NCBI GenBank assembly: GCA_965216465.1
Contig: CBDCFW010000006.1
Location: 928,001 to 992,000 of the forward strand
Length of the DNA: 64,000 nt
Source: Bacteroidia bacterium
GTDB taxonomy: Bacteria; Bacteroidota; Bacteroidia; NS11-12g; UBA9320
Direction: 5' to 3'
Positions within the stretch are counted from its first letter, which is position 1, and each line of letters starts with the position of its first letter. Below are positions 49,067-60,125 of the stretch, piece by piece. A model generated the notes under the pieces. It made no database searches, was not told the DNA's origin, and worked only from the letters and a program-made list of their open reading frames with translations. Both the position numbers and the translations under genes were made by a program.

Positions 49067-50326
49067 CTAGAGTCCAAAGGCTTTTTTGATGTCGTTTACA
49101 CCATTCAGCTCTTCCCAAGGGAATAATTTTACCTTAACTTTTTTAGTCTTTCCCGAGCCATCTGTAAACTCTTTTTCTACTTCCTCAGTTTCTCTACCCA
49201 TGTGTCCGTAAGCAGCAGTTTCTGAGTAGATTGGAGTTCTTAACTTAAAGCGTTTTTCAATGAAGTAAGGACGCATATCGAATCGACTGATTTTAGAAAG
49301 TTTAGCCGCAATCTGTCCATCTGAAAGATCAACTTTTGATGTCCCGTATGTGTTCACATATAAACCAACTGGTTTTGCTACACCAATAGCATAAGCAACT
49401 TGAACAAGAGCTTCATCACATACTCCAGCCGCTACTAAGTTTTTAGCGATATGACGAGTAGCATATGCAGCACTTCGGTCAACTTTGCTCGGATCTTTTC
49501 CTGAGAATGCACCACCACCGTGGGCACCTTTACCTCCATAAGTATCTACGATAATCTTTCTGCCAGTAAGTCCAGTATCTCCATGTGGTCCACCAATTAC
49601 AAACACCCCTGTAGGGTTAATGTGGTATTTTATCTTATCGGTAAATAACTTCTGAATTGATTTAGGAAGCCTACGTTTAACACGAGGAATAAGGATTGAC
49701 ACCATGTCTTCCTTAATCTTCTTTAGCATTTTCGACTCTTTATCAAAGTCGTCATGTTGTGTCGATATTACAATGGCATCAATAGCAACTGGCTTGTTCT
49801 CATCATCGTACTTAATTGTAACTTGAGATTTTGAATCTGGTCGCAAGTACTTGATTTTTTTGTTTTCTCTGCGTAAAGCAGCCAACTCCTTAAGAATTAA
49901 GTGAGACAATTCCAAGGCAAGTGGCATGTACGAAGTGGTTTCGTTTGTAGCGTAACCAAACATCATACCCTGGTCTCCTGCTCCTTGGTCTTCTTTTTTC
50001 TTTCGTTCTACCCCTTGGTTTATGTCTGGAGATTGCTCGTGGATTGCAGAAAGTACTCCGCATGAGTTTCCATCGAACATGTACTCACCCTTGGTATAAC
50101 CAATTTTGTTGATTGTTTCTCTAGCTATCTTTTGTACGTCGAGATAGGTTTTTGATTTTACTTCTCCTGCAAGAACAACTTGACCTGTGGTTACCAGCGT
50201 TTCGCAAGCAACCTTACTATCTTTATCAAACGCCAAAAAATGATCAATTAGAGCATCTGAGATTTGATCTGCTACCTTGTCTGGATGTCCTTCAGAAACG
50301 GACTCTGATGTAAAAAAATATGCCAT
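49067..50326 (-). CDS. metK: S-adenosylmethionine synthetase
   Basis: [25 protein letters not shown]. Confidence 0.98.
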   Translation of the reverse strand: MAYFFTSESVSEGHPDKVADQISDALIDHFLAFDKDSKVACETLVTTGQVVLAGEVKSKTYLDVQKIARETINKIGYTKGEYMFDGNSCGVLSAIHEQSPDINQGVERKKKEDQGAGDQGMMFGYATNETTSYMPLALELSHLILKELAALRRENKKIKYLRPDSKSQVTIKYDDENKPVAIDAIVISTQHDDFDKESKMLKKIKEDMVSILIPRVKRRLPKSIQKLFTDKIKYHINPTGVFVIGGPHGDTGLTGRKIIVDTYGGKGAHGGGAFSGKDPSKVDRSAAYATRHIAKNLVAAGVCDEALVQVAYAIGVAKPVGLYVNTYGTSKVDLSDGQIAAKLSKISRFDMRPYFIEKRFKLRTPIYSETAAYGHMGRETEEVEKEFTDGSGKTKKVKVKLFPWEELNGVNDIKKAFGL

Positions 50327-50406
50327 AGTATTTTAAAGCTGCAAATGTAATTATCTTGATTACATTGAGCAAAAAACAGTTTGCAGTGTCAATTAGCTCA
50401 GTTCTA

Positions 50407-51099
50407 TTACTTGATGTGCATTATAAAGCCCTCACCTCTAATGTTTTGAATGGAAATTTGCGAAGTATTTTCGAACCGCTTTCTAAGTTTGTTGATATAC
50501 ACGTCTAAGCTTCGCGAGGTAAAATAGTTTATATCATTCCAAACAGCCGATAAAATTACATCGCGATGAAGAAGCTTGTTTTGATACTCTAGAAGTTTAA
50601 TGAGTACGCTTGTTTCTTTTGGTGACAATACTTCAGATTCTCCATTTGGGTAGTTCAATTGGCGTATGTTAGGCTGCAAAGAGAATTGGTTAAAGTCATA
50701 TTTTTCGAGCGTTTTGCTCTGAGAATCACTATGTGCTCCTACAATAGCCTCGATTTTCAGTAATAAAATTTCTGGATCGAATGGTTTCGTGAGGTAGTCT
50801 ATCGCTCCCAATTGATAACCTTTTATGATATCCTCTTTGAGTGATTTGGCGGTGAGAAAAATAAAGGGCATGCTTAAATGAAGGTCTCCAATTTTAGAGG
50901 CGAGTGTAAATCCGTCCATATCGGGCATCATAACATCAAGAATACATAATGAATAGCTGTTTTTTCTTAAAAGGTTGTACCCAAGTTCGCCAGTTTGGGC
51001 CCATTCAACATCGTACTTGTTCATTTTAAGATAGTCTCTTAGCACCAAACCAAAGTTTGCATCATCTTCGACAAGTAATATGCTTATTGGTTTTTTCAT
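50407..51099 (-). CDS. OmpR-family response regulator
   Basis: Receiver plus winged helix (SRSLDVYINKLRK, RGEGF). Confidence 0.9.
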   Translation of the reverse strand: MKKPISILLVEDDANFGLVLRDYLKMNKYDVEWAQTGELGYNLLRKNSYSLCILDVMMPDMDGFTLASKIGDLHLSMPFIFLTAKSLKEDIIKGYQLGAIDYLTKPFDPEILLLKIEAIVGAHSDSQSKTLEKYDFNQFSLQPNIRQLNYPNGESEVLSPKETSVLIKLLEYQNKLLHRDVILSAVWNDINYFTSRSLDVYINKLRKRFENTSQISIQNIRGEGFIMHIK

Positions 51100-52583
51100 T
51101 TGGGTAGGTTGATCTTAAAAGTTGTTCCCTGATTTTGTTTGCTTGTGACATCAATTACTCCGCCGTGAGCTTCAACAATAAGCTTTACATAACTTAGGCC
51201 TACACCAGTTCCTTTTACAGAGTAAATGTTGTCTTTTTGTACGCGATAAAATTTGTCAAATATTTTGGAAAGGTCTTCTTTAGCAATGCCTTGACCGTTG
51301 TCTTTAATCATAAACTCAGTATCGCTTTCGTTTTGAGATACCTCAATCGAAATTTCAGGATCATTTTGCGAGTATTTAATCGCGTTATCGATCAAATTCA
51401 ACACAACATTTCTAAAATGCATTGCATCAATATGAACTAGAGCCGGGCCATTTGTATTTAAATTCAGTCGAACATTTTTGGCGTCTAATTTAGGTTTTAG
51501 TGATTCAACCAATTCTTTGCAAAAGTCTGTAAGATCAATAGGCTTTTTATTTAAAACAAATGAAGTGTTGTCGAGCTGAGCCAATTGAAGAATGTTTTCA
51601 ATGTAGCTCAACATACGTGTATTTTCTTCATTTATGATCTTCAAATAAGGACCTGAATCTTCAGGCGATGATCTTATATTCTCAACAGATAGAGCAATGG
51701 TTGCCAACGGTGTTTTGAGCTCATGAGACATGCTATTGATGAAATCATCGCGAGCTTCAGAAACCTTCTTTTGTTTTCGATATAACCCAAAGATGTAATA
51801 GAATAGGAGAGAAGCAGTAATTAGAAATACAATAGACAATATGAGCGGCAACAGAATTTTAGCAAGGATGGAAAGTCGTCGTTGAGGAATAGTAACCTGT
51901 AAACTGCCTGAGTTGGCATAAATATTATTCAAGAATAACGGTTTGGTATATACCTTTTGTGCGGCGTTGTAGTTCTCTGTTTTACGGAGAATGGAGTCAT
52001 TTCCTTGAGTAATGGCAAACTCAAAAGTGTCTGTTATGCCAAGTTTGTCTAATTGCTTACGAATGCTAGTTCCAAAATCAAACGAGTCTAAAAAGTCAGT
52101 GTTCAGTTCAAGTTCTTGATTTTTAATAATGTTTTGTACGTACTCAGTTACCCATTCTTTGTTTTGAATCGAATCGATAATGAAGGAATGATGGTCAGAT
52201 GAATCATCCGTTTCTATTATGATTTTTTGTTCGTATACCGTGTTGATTTCCCGGTGGTCATGAATGTTAATGTTGCTTTTCACCTTGCGGTTGATGTCAA
52301 GTGTAAACACGTGCAAAGAGTCTTTGAGGCTCGATTCTATATCTTCGGCAACTAGGTTTTTCTTTTTGCTAGCAAGTAACTCTTGAGATACTTGGTGTAA
52401 GGCAATTTGAATGTTCTTGTCGTAATTGATTTCAGATTGAATAAAAGCATTCCTCAGCATGTGAGTTTGTAGCCTAACAAGACCACCTAAGCATACAATA
52501 ATTGCACCAATTAATATGTAACTTCGACGTTTCAACAGTTTCAAAAGTAGTTTGCAACATTTATAAAATTGAAACTTTAACAC
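51096..52583 (-). CDS. Membrane sensor histidine kinase (start uncertain)
   Basis: Two TM segments; SHELKTPL; NLIDNAIKY; GTGVGL. Confidence 0.9.
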   Translation of the reverse strand: MLKFQFYKCCKLLLKLLKRRSYILIGAIIVCLGGLVRLQTHMLRNAFIQSEINYDKNIQIALHQVSQELLASKKKNLVAEDIESSLKDSLHVFTLDINRKVKSNINIHDHREINTVYEQKIIIETDDSSDHHSFIIDSIQNKEWVTEYVQNIIKNQELELNTDFLDSFDFGTSIRKQLDKLGITDTFEFAITQGNDSILRKTENYNAAQKVYTKPLFLNNIYANSGSLQVTIPQRRLSILAKILLPLILSIVFLITASLLFYYIFGLYRKQKKVSEARDDFINSMSHELKTPLATIALSVENIRSSPEDSGPYLKIINEENTRMLSYIENILQLAQLDNTSFVLNKKPIDLTDFCKELVESLKPKLDAKNVRLNLNTNGPALVHIDAMHFRNVVLNLIDNAIKYSQNDPEISIEVSQNESDTEFMIKDNGQGIAKEDLSKIFDKFYRVQKDNIYSVKGTGVGLSYVKLIVEAHGGVIDVTSKQNQGTTFKINLPK

Positions 52584-52664
52584 TTCGTTAACATACTTTA
52601 TAACTTCGTTGACAATGTTGAGCTGAATGAATATGGAGCTTTGTTGTAATAAAAATCAATAATC

Positions 52665-53453
52665 ATGAAAAATTTAAAAGCAATACTTGTACTCTGGTGT
52701 CTATTAGGCATCATGATCGCTCAGGCTCAAACTGAAAAGGTTGAAAAATCTGAGTTTAGAATTAAACTCGTCGATGTAAAAGACGGCGAACGTGTCGAAA
52801 TAGATACTACTTTTTCAAGCGAAGAAGAAATGAAGGCATTCATGGAGTCGTTAGGAGTGAAGCACCATATGGGTGACATGGACATCGATGTAGATATCGA
52901 TTGGGAAAGTCGCCATAGCCAAGACTCTGCTAATGGTGAGCACAAAGTTTATAAGAAGCGAATTATGCATCACCACCACGACAATGTTGATATAGAAACT
53001 GTAAAAGGTGACGATATAGAAGAACTATTGAACCAACTTGATGCTGAAACGGCCGAAACCATCCGAAAGGAATTGGAGAAGAACGGAATTAACGAAGGAG
53101 AAGAAGAGATTAAAATGGTTTTTGTGGTTAAAAAGGTAAAGGTTGAAGAATTAACTGATGACGAGATTAGCCAAGCTAAAATTGAACCACAAAATAAGCT
53201 CGAAGTAAAGTCTTTTGATATTAGTCCTAATCCAGCTACTGACCATCTTACTATCAATATAAAGAGTGAGAGTGAAAAACCAGGGGTGCTCAGAATACTA
53301 AGTATGGAAGGAAAAGAACTTTATCAAACCGAGCTAAAAACATTGAATGCACAATATGAATTACCAATTAAGTCGCTTAAATCGGGCATGTACATTGTGC
53401 ATGTAAGCAGTGCAGATCAATCGATGTCAAAAAAGCTCATCATTCAGCAATAA
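52665..53453 (+). CDS. T9SS-secreted protein, His/acidic-rich
   Basis: Signal peptide; ISPNPA...GMYIV...KKLII CTD. Confidence 0.75.
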   Translation: MKNLKAILVLWCLLGIMIAQAQTEKVEKSEFRIKLVDVKDGERVEIDTTFSSEEEMKAFMESLGVKHHMGDMDIDVDIDWESRHSQDSANGEHKVYKKRIMHHHHDNVDIETVKGDDIEELLNQLDAETAETIRKELEKNGINEGEEEIKMVFVVKKVKVEELTDDEISQAKIEPQNKLEVKSFDISPNPATDHLTINIKSESEKPGVLRILSMEGKELYQTELKTLNAQYELPIKSLKSGMYIVHVSSADQSMSKKLIIQQ

Positions 53454-53469
53454 TTGATCATCTGAATGT

Positions 53470-53494
53470 AAAAAAGGGCTTCGGCCCTTTTTTT
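53470..53494. terminator. Intrinsic terminator
   Basis: AAAAAAGGGC-TTCG-GCCCTTTTTT. Confidence 0.85.
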
Positions 53495-53562
53495 ATACTC
53501 TTTTAATCTACCAACCGTTTGTTAAAATAAGTTTTATTAGCTAACTTTGAGACCATACGTTT

Positions 53563-54150
53563 ATGGCAAAACCAAAAATAGATCGAAAAACACTGCTAAG
53601 GAACTCACTTTCAGTGTTTAAAGAAAAAGGTTACAATGGCACTTCAATGAATGACCTTGCTCAAGCAAATGGTCTGCTTAAGGGCAGTATCTATCATTAC
53701 ATTGAAGGCAAAGAAGCACTTATGCTTGAAGTACTCACCGCCCTTAAAGAACACTATATCAATAAAGTGTTTAGCAAAGCATATGACGAAATGCTAACAC
53801 CTTATGAAAGACTAAAAGAACTAGCTTCTCGAGCTGAGGAGATTTTTGTTTTTGAGGATGGGGGTGACTTTTTCGTAAACATCGGATTAGAAACAAAAAA
53901 GGTTGTTCCCGCATTTGGTGAAGTGATAGCAGAGTTTTTCGCTGAGTGGATTAAAACAATGAAGTACTTGTACGAATTTGTAGTTGATGAAGCCGAAGCC
54001 CAAGAAAAAGCAGAGGTGGTGGTTGCTGAAATTGAAGGTGCTGTTATCTTGATGCGCTTACTCGATGACGCAAACTACCTGCAACGAACAAATCAAAAAT
54101 TACTCAAGGAGTTCAAAACAATGTATCAGAAAAAGTTAGCAAGATTATGA
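53563..54150 (+). CDS. TetR-family regulator
   Basis: GYNGTSMNDLA..KGSIYHY. Confidence 0.85.
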   Translation: MAKPKIDRKTLLRNSLSVFKEKGYNGTSMNDLAQANGLLKGSIYHYIEGKEALMLEVLTALKEHYINKVFSKAYDEMLTPYERLKELASRAEEIFVFEDGGDFFVNIGLETKKVVPAFGEVIAEFFAEWIKTMKYLYEFVVDEAEAQEKAEVVVAEIEGAVILMRLLDDANYLQRTNQKLLKEFKTMYQKKLARL

Positions 54151-56546
54151 GTAATAGCATAAGAAAAATAAAACACGTAACGGTCATAGGCTCTGGAATT
54201 ATGGGAAGCAGAATAGCTTGCCATTTTGCCAATATAGGTATGGATGTCTTGTTGCTTGATATCGTAACGCCAAACTTGTCAGACGACGATTTGAGCAAAC
54301 CCAATAAACGAAATGAATTGGTGAATGGAGCACTTAAGTCAGCATTAAAGTCAAATCCGAGTCCAATCTATTCTACGTCTTTTGTAACACGCATAAAAAC
54401 GGGAAATATCGAAGACGACCTTTCGAAGATTTCACGCAGCGATTGGATTGTCGAAGTTGTTGTTGAAAGGCTTGACATCAAGCAATCGCTGTTTGCCAAA
54501 ATTGAAGAATACAGAAAGCCAGGAAGTTTAATTACTACTAACACTTCAGGCATACCAATTGAGATGATGCTCGCTGGAAGAAGTGAAGATTTTAAAAAGC
54601 ATTTTTGTGGAACACACTTTTTCAATCCTCCCCGATACCTTAAACTGCTCGAGATTATTCCATCAAGTCAAACCAGTCAAGAGGTGGTTGACTTTTTAAT
54701 GCATTACGGAGAATTGTTCCTAGGAAAAACAACCGTAAAATGCAAAGACACTCCGGCGTTCATAGCAAATAGAATTGGAGTGTTCAGCATCATGGCCATT
54801 TTCAAAAAAATGGCCGAACATCAATTGACCATAGAAGATGTTGACCTGGTAACAGGGCCTGTATCTGGACGTCCAAAATCTGCAACTTTCCGAACCTGCG
54901 ACTTGGTAGGACTAGATACCTTGGTTAAGGTAGCTAAAGGGGTTGCACAAAATTGTCTAAAAGATGAAATGAAAGATTGGTATGAGATTCCAACCTTCCT
55001 AAATTCTATGCTTGAGAATAATTGGCTCGGCGACAAAACTGGTCAAGGGTTTTATAAAAAATCGAAAAACGCAGAGGGTAGCCGAGTAATCGAGGCACTC
55101 AACTTACAGGATCTTACTTATCATGAAAAGTCTAAACCCAGGTACGAAAGCATCGGAAAAGCTAAAAAAGCCAATCGCTTGAAGAGTAAGCTTGGAATTC
55201 TGTTTTCAGCTGATGACAAGCTTGGCCAGTTTTACCGCGATGTGACTACAGCAATTTTAGCCTATTCTGCCAATAGAATTCCTGAAATTGCTAATCACCT
55301 CTATCAAATTGATGATGCCCTCAGAGCAGGTTTCGGTTGGGATGTTGGTCCATTTGAAACTTGGGATTTGCTAGGTTTCGATACAGTTTATTCAACCATG
55401 AAAGCTGATGGTCACTCAATTCCACAGTGGGTAGAAGATTTCAAAGCAAAAGGGCACACCAGTTTCTATAAATCAGAACTGGGCAATCGGATGTTTTATA
55501 ACAGTGATTCGGGAGAGTTTGAAGTTGTTCCAGGAACTGAGTCATTTATACAGCTTGATAACTTAAGAAGCAACGACGCTGTTTATTCCAATAAAGAGGC
55601 AACACTTCACGATATCGGAGACGGTGTATTGTGCCTTGAGTTTCACTCGAAAATGAACGCTTTAGGAAGCGGCTCTTTAGCAGCAATCAACAAATCGATT
55701 GAAATTGCTGAGCAACAAGGATGGAAAGGACTGGTGATCGGAAATGATGCACCAAACTTTAGTGCAGGGGCAAATTTGGCTATGATGTTAATGCTCGCTA
55801 TTGAACAAGAATTTGACGAGCTGAACGTTGCCATAAACTACTTCCAAAAAACCGTTATGAGATTGAAGTATTCTTCTGTTCCTGTCGTGATTGCACCTCA
55901 CGGAATGACACTTGGAGGTGGATGTGAAATGACGCTCCATGCTGACAGTGCGGTTGCCGCAGCTGAAACATATATTGGCTTGGTTGAAGCAGGGGCAGGA
56001 CTTATTCCAGGAGGCGGAGGAACCAAAGAATTTGTTGTAAGAACAAGTGATAGTTTTTATACCGGAGACCCACAACTGCCCACACTGCAAGAAAGATTTA
56101 CAACAATAGCGACAGCCAAGGTGGCAACCTCAGCTTACGAAGCATTTGAAATTGGGGTTATGCATCACGATAAAGATGAAGTTGTTGTTAACGGAAACCG
56201 GGTTATAACTGAAGCAAAAAGAAAAGTGCTTGAACTGCATAACGATGGCTATGTTCAACTTCCTCAGCGTGATGATATACTCGTTCTTGGTAGAACAGCA
56301 TTAGGAACATTTTATGCTGGAATCGAGGCATTTGGTGTTAGCAATTATGCAAGTGAGCACGATCAAAAAATTGCTCGAAAACTAGCTTTTGTTATGGCTG
56401 GAGGAGATTTAACTCAACCAACTAAAGTCACTGAACAATACTTATTAAATTTAGAAAGAGAGGCGTTTCTTAGTTTACTCGGCGAACGAAAAACTTTAGA
56501 GCGAATTCAATACATATTAAAAACTGGTAAACCTTTGAGAAATTAA
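54147..56546 (+). CDS. 3-hydroxyacyl-CoA dehydrogenase/enoyl-CoA hydratase (FadN-like)
   Basis: GSGIMG, THFFNPPRY, FSAGANL, LGGGCE. Confidence 0.92.
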   Translation: MSNSIRKIKHVTVIGSGIMGSRIACHFANIGMDVLLLDIVTPNLSDDDLSKPNKRNELVNGALKSALKSNPSPIYSTSFVTRIKTGNIEDDLSKISRSDWIVEVVVERLDIKQSLFAKIEEYRKPGSLITTNTSGIPIEMMLAGRSEDFKKHFCGTHFFNPPRYLKLLEIIPSSQTSQEVVDFLMHYGELFLGKTTVKCKDTPAFIANRIGVFSIMAIFKKMAEHQLTIEDVDLVTGPVSGRPKSATFRTCDLVGLDTLVKVAKGVAQNCLKDEMKDWYEIPTFLNSMLENNWLGDKTGQGFYKKSKNAEGSRVIEALNLQDLTYHEKSKPRYESIGKAKKANRLKSKLGILFSADDKLGQFYRDVTTAILAYSANRIPEIANHLYQIDDALRAGFGWDVGPFETWDLLGFDTVYSTMKADGHSIPQWVEDFKAKGHTSFYKSELGNRMFYNSDSGEFEVVPGTESFIQLDNLRSNDAVYSNKEATLHDIGDGVLCLEFHSKMNALGSGSLAAINKSIEIAEQQGWKGLVIGNDAPNFSAGANLAMMLMLAIEQEFDELNVAINYFQKTVMRLKYSSVPVVIAPHGMTLGGGCEMTLHADSAVAAAETYIGLVEAGAGLIPGGGGTKEFVVRTSDSFYTGDPQLPTLQERFTTIATAKVATSAYEAFEIGVMHHDKDEVVVNGNRVITEAKRKVLELHNDGYVQLPQRDDILVLGRTALGTFYAGIEAFGVSNYASEHDQKIARKLAFVMAGGDLTQPTKVTEQYLLNLEREAFLSLLGERKTLERIQYILKTGKPLRN

Positions 56547-56547
56547 C

Positions 56548-57735
56548 ATGGAAGCATATTTAATAAATGGATATAGAACGGCCGTAGGAAAGGCTAATAG
56601 AGGAGGATTTAGATTTACATCGCCTGTTGATCTCGGTGCTGCAGTAATCGATTATCTGATCGAAAACACACCCGGTTTTGACCCAAGTGTTGTGGATGAT
56701 CTTATTGTAGGGAATGCAGTTCCCGAAGCGGAGCAAGGTTTACAAATGGCTCGCTGGGTAGGTATGCGAAGCAAGCTGCCAATGGATATTCCAGGTGTAA
56801 CGGTAAATCGATATTGCGGTAGTGGTGTAGAAACCATCACCATGGCTGTCGCAAAGATTAAAGCAGGTCTAGCAGATTGCATTATAGCAGGAGGAACTGA
56901 AAGTATGAGTTTGGTACCTACCGTAGGCTTTAAAACGGTGCCTAATTATGCCATAGCTAAAGATCACGGAGATTACTTTTTAGGCATGGGACTGACAGCT
57001 GAGGAGGTAGCTCTGAAATACAATGTTTCAAGAGAGGATCAAGACCAGTTTGCTTTAAACTCGCACCAGAAAGCAATTGCTGCAATCGAGGCGGGGAAGT
57101 TTAAATCTCAAATTGTACCGTTTGAAGTTGAACAAGTTGACTTCGATGCAAATACAAACAAAAGAGTGTCGTCTAAGTATACTGTAGATATTGACGAGGG
57201 ACCGAGAAGAGATACCAATTTAGAAGCTCTTGCAAAACTAAAACCTGCATTTAAGAATGGAGGAAGTGTTACTGCAGGTAACAGCTCTCAAACCAGCGAT
57301 GGGGCAAGCTTTGTGATTGTGATGAGCGAAAAATTGATGAATGAATTGGGCTTGACTCCCAAAGCGAGGTTAGTCAGTTCAGTTTCGGTTGGTGTTAATC
57401 CACGCTATATGGGAATCGGTCCTATGGAAGCCATTCCAAAAGCCTTGGATAGAGCCGGACTTAAACTTCAAGATATTGATCAAATTGAGTTAAACGAAGC
57501 GTTTGCTTCGCAAAGTTTGGCAGTTATTAGAGGGCTAGATATTGATCCAAGTTTAGTAAATGTAAACGGTGGAGCGATTAGTCTAGGGCATCCTTTAGGT
57601 TGTACTGGAGCGAAACTCACAGTACAAATTTTGGAAGAAATGAGACTTCGAAACCAGAAGTATGGTATGGTTACAGCATGCATTGGTGGGGGCCAAGGCA
57701 TTGCAGCGATATATGAAAATTTAGTTAACAGTTAA
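56548..57735 (+). CDS. Acetyl-CoA acyltransferase (thiolase)
   Basis: NRYCGSG, NEAF, GHPLG, CIGGG. Confidence 0.93.
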   Translation: MEAYLINGYRTAVGKANRGGFRFTSPVDLGAAVIDYLIENTPGFDPSVVDDLIVGNAVPEAEQGLQMARWVGMRSKLPMDIPGVTVNRYCGSGVETITMAVAKIKAGLADCIIAGGTESMSLVPTVGFKTVPNYAIAKDHGDYFLGMGLTAEEVALKYNVSREDQDQFALNSHQKAIAAIEAGKFKSQIVPFEVEQVDFDANTNKRVSSKYTVDIDEGPRRDTNLEALAKLKPAFKNGGSVTAGNSSQTSDGASFVIVMSEKLMNELGLTPKARLVSSVSVGVNPRYMGIGPMEAIPKALDRAGLKLQDIDQIELNEAFASQSLAVIRGLDIDPSLVNVNGGAISLGHPLGCTGAKLTVQILEEMRLRNQKYGMVTACIGGGQGIAAIYENLVNS

Positions 57736-57747
57736 AAGAAAGAAAAG

Positions 57748-59577
57748 ATGAGTGACAAAAGTTCAAAAGAGGGGTTAATTGAGGGGTTAAAAAAGCGTAA
57801 AATCAGAGGTTTAAAGGGGGGTGAATTTTTAATAGCCAACCAAGAAGCAGAATCCGTTTTTATTCCTGAAGAGGTAAGTGAGGAACAAACCATGTTTCGA
57901 GAAATGACGAGAGATTTTTTAGAGAAGGAAGTACAACCTTTAAGAGCTAAAATTGATAAACAACTTGAAAATCCAGATTTGATTCCAAAGTTAATGGAGC
58001 AAGCTGCTGAATTGGGGTTGTTAGGTGCGGCACTTCCACAGGAATATGGAGGAATGGAGGTTGATTTCAACACTGAAACCATCTTAAGTGAAGAGCTAGG
58101 CAAATCACAAAGTTTTAGCGTTGCTCTTGCGGCTCACACCGGAATTGGCACCTTACCTATTTTATATTATGGTACCGAAGAGCAAAAGAAAAAGTACCTA
58201 CCCGGCTTAGGAAGTGGAGCGTTGAAGGCAGCATATTGTCTAACCGAACCAGACAGTGGAAGCGATGCTCTTGCAGCAAAAACAAAAGCAGTTTTAGATG
58301 GGGATGAGTGGGTGTTAAACGGTCAAAAGATGTGGATCACCAATGCTGGATTTGCAGATATCTTTACCGTCTTCGCTCAAGTAGATGGTGAGCAATTCAC
58401 CGCATTTATTGTAGAGAAAGATACTCCTGGAATGACACTTGGCGACGAAGAAGTAAAGCTTGGAATTAAAGGTAGCAGTACACGACAGGTATTCTTGGAA
58501 GATGTTCGTATCCCCAAAAACAACTTATTAGGTGAAATAGGTAAAGGGCATAAAATAGCATTCAATGTACTTAATATTGGAAGATATAAGTTGGGTGCGA
58601 TGGTAATGGGAGGCTGTAAGAAAGCCATTGATGTGGCGGTAAACTATGCCAATGAACGCCACCAATTTAACCAGCCGATTTCAAGTTTTGGTGCTATTCA
58701 ACACAAGCTTGCCGAAATGGCAATTAAAACCTATGCTACTGATAGTGCCACCTATCGAATTTCTGATTTAATTCAAGATAAAATTAACGAGTTGGTTGCT
58801 CAAGGTGAATCAAAACCGCAGGCTAAACTTAAGGCGGCAGAAGAATACAATATTGAATGTGCTATTCTTAAAGTTCTAGGTTCTGAAACCTTGGATTATG
58901 TGGTAGACGAAGCAGTTCAAATATTTGGTGGAACGGGTTATTCGGAAGAGTATCCTGTGGCCAGCATGTATCGTGATTCTAGAATCAATAGAATCTTTGA
59001 AGGCACCAATGAAATAAATAGAATGTTGGCTGTTGGGCAAATGCTTAAAAAGGCCATGAAAGGCGAACTTGACTTAATGGGTCCTGCAATGAAAATACAG
59101 GATGAGTTGATGGAAATTCCTGATTTTGGTGATGATGGAGATGGTAGTGCATTGTATCAAGAAAAGAAATCGGTTCAGCAAGCTAAGAAAGCAATCTTAC
59201 TTGCTGCTGGAGCGGCCGCACAAAAGTTTATGCTAGAGCTAGAGAAACAGCAAGAGATTTTGATGAATTTGGCTGATATGGCAATTGATGTATTTACGGC
59301 TGAAAGCACCATTCTTAGAACCGAGAAATTAATTGGTTTAAAAGGTGAGGAAGCATCAAAGCTTCAAATCGCAATGACTAAGTGCTATGTCAACGACGCC
59401 ATGGAAAGAACGCATTTAGCAGGGAAGCATGCATTAGCTGCTTTTGCTGAAGACGACATGTTAATTATGATGCTGATGGGAGTAAAACGTTTTACTAAGT
59501 ACCCAATAACCAATACTATTGCATTAAGAAAAGAGGTTGCGGCTGCACTTATTGAAGCCAACGCTTATTGTTTTTAA
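57748..59577 (+). CDS. Acyl-CoA dehydrogenase
   Basis: LTEPDSGSD, KMWITN, RIFEGTNEI. Confidence 0.93.
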   Translation: MSDKSSKEGLIEGLKKRKIRGLKGGEFLIANQEAESVFIPEEVSEEQTMFREMTRDFLEKEVQPLRAKIDKQLENPDLIPKLMEQAAELGLLGAALPQEYGGMEVDFNTETILSEELGKSQSFSVALAAHTGIGTLPILYYGTEEQKKKYLPGLGSGALKAAYCLTEPDSGSDALAAKTKAVLDGDEWVLNGQKMWITNAGFADIFTVFAQVDGEQFTAFIVEKDTPGMTLGDEEVKLGIKGSSTRQVFLEDVRIPKNNLLGEIGKGHKIAFNVLNIGRYKLGAMVMGGCKKAIDVAVNYANERHQFNQPISSFGAIQHKLAEMAIKTYATDSATYRISDLIQDKINELVAQGESKPQAKLKAAEEYNIECAILKVLGSETLDYVVDEAVQIFGGTGYSEEYPVASMYRDSRINRIFEGTNEINRMLAVGQMLKKAMKGELDLMGPAMKIQDELMEIPDFGDDGDGSALYQEKKSVQQAKKAILLAAGAAAQKFMLELEKQQEILMNLADMAIDVFTAESTILRTEKLIGLKGEEASKLQIAMTKCYVNDAMERTHLAGKHALAAFAEDDMLIMMLMGVKRFTKYPITNTIALRKEVAAALIEANAYCF

Positions 59578-59870
59578 TGGAAAAAGGACTAAGCATATTT
59601 CAGCGTTTAATTAGCTACACCATGTTTATTGCTGTGGTGGTAAAAATTCTGTCGTGCTTAATGACCCGTACATTTAAATCACATAAACAATTTCAGCAAT
59701 ATTGGTTTTTCTCTTTGGGAGGATTGATTGGAATCATAATCGCAATCATTTCGATAACGACTATTGGCAATTTAAACAATTGGATGCTTCTCTACGTCTG
59801 GTTTGGATTCTTTATTCTACTAGAAATTCTAGAACGCAACTTCGTTCTGAGCCAATATTTTGAGGCGTAG
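59577..59870 (+). CDS. Hypothetical membrane protein
   Basis: Three hydrophobic segments; ATG overlaps the upstream stop. Confidence 0.45.
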   Translation: MEKGLSIFQRLISYTMFIAVVVKILSCLMTRTFKSHKQFQQYWFFSLGGLIGIIIAIISITTIGNLNNWMLLYVWFGFFILLEILERNFVLSQYFEA

Positions 59871-60042
59871 AAATGTATTTTATAATGACTACAAGCGTGT
59901 GACCGCTAACGAAACATACCCAAAATGTCGTTAAATGCCATAAACATTGTTAAATATGTGCCTTTTTAAGCCAATTTTATTGATTTTAATCTCTTTTGTT
60001 GCATTTATGGGTAGAAGGTTATAAAGTCTCTATCTTTGAAGT

Positions 60043-60123
60043 ATTATTATAGTGCTCTTGGCTAAGCATTCCCTCATCTTTAAATTATTATAGTAGGGAT
60101 GCCTAACCTAGAGCTTTTTTTTT
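60043..60123 (+). ncRNA. Candidate structured leader/antitoxin RNA ending in a U-tract before the NYN gene
   Basis: TATCTTTG promoter motif (60031); stems GCTCT/AGAGC and GCAT.CCCT/AGGGATGC around a CTAA/CTAA internal loop; T9. Confidence 0.5.
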
Positions 60124-60125
60124 GC

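Noticed and set aside
50327-50406. SAM riboswitch upstream of metK
   Set aside because: Only a simple AT-rich hairpin overlapping a TAnnTTTG promoter motif close to the start
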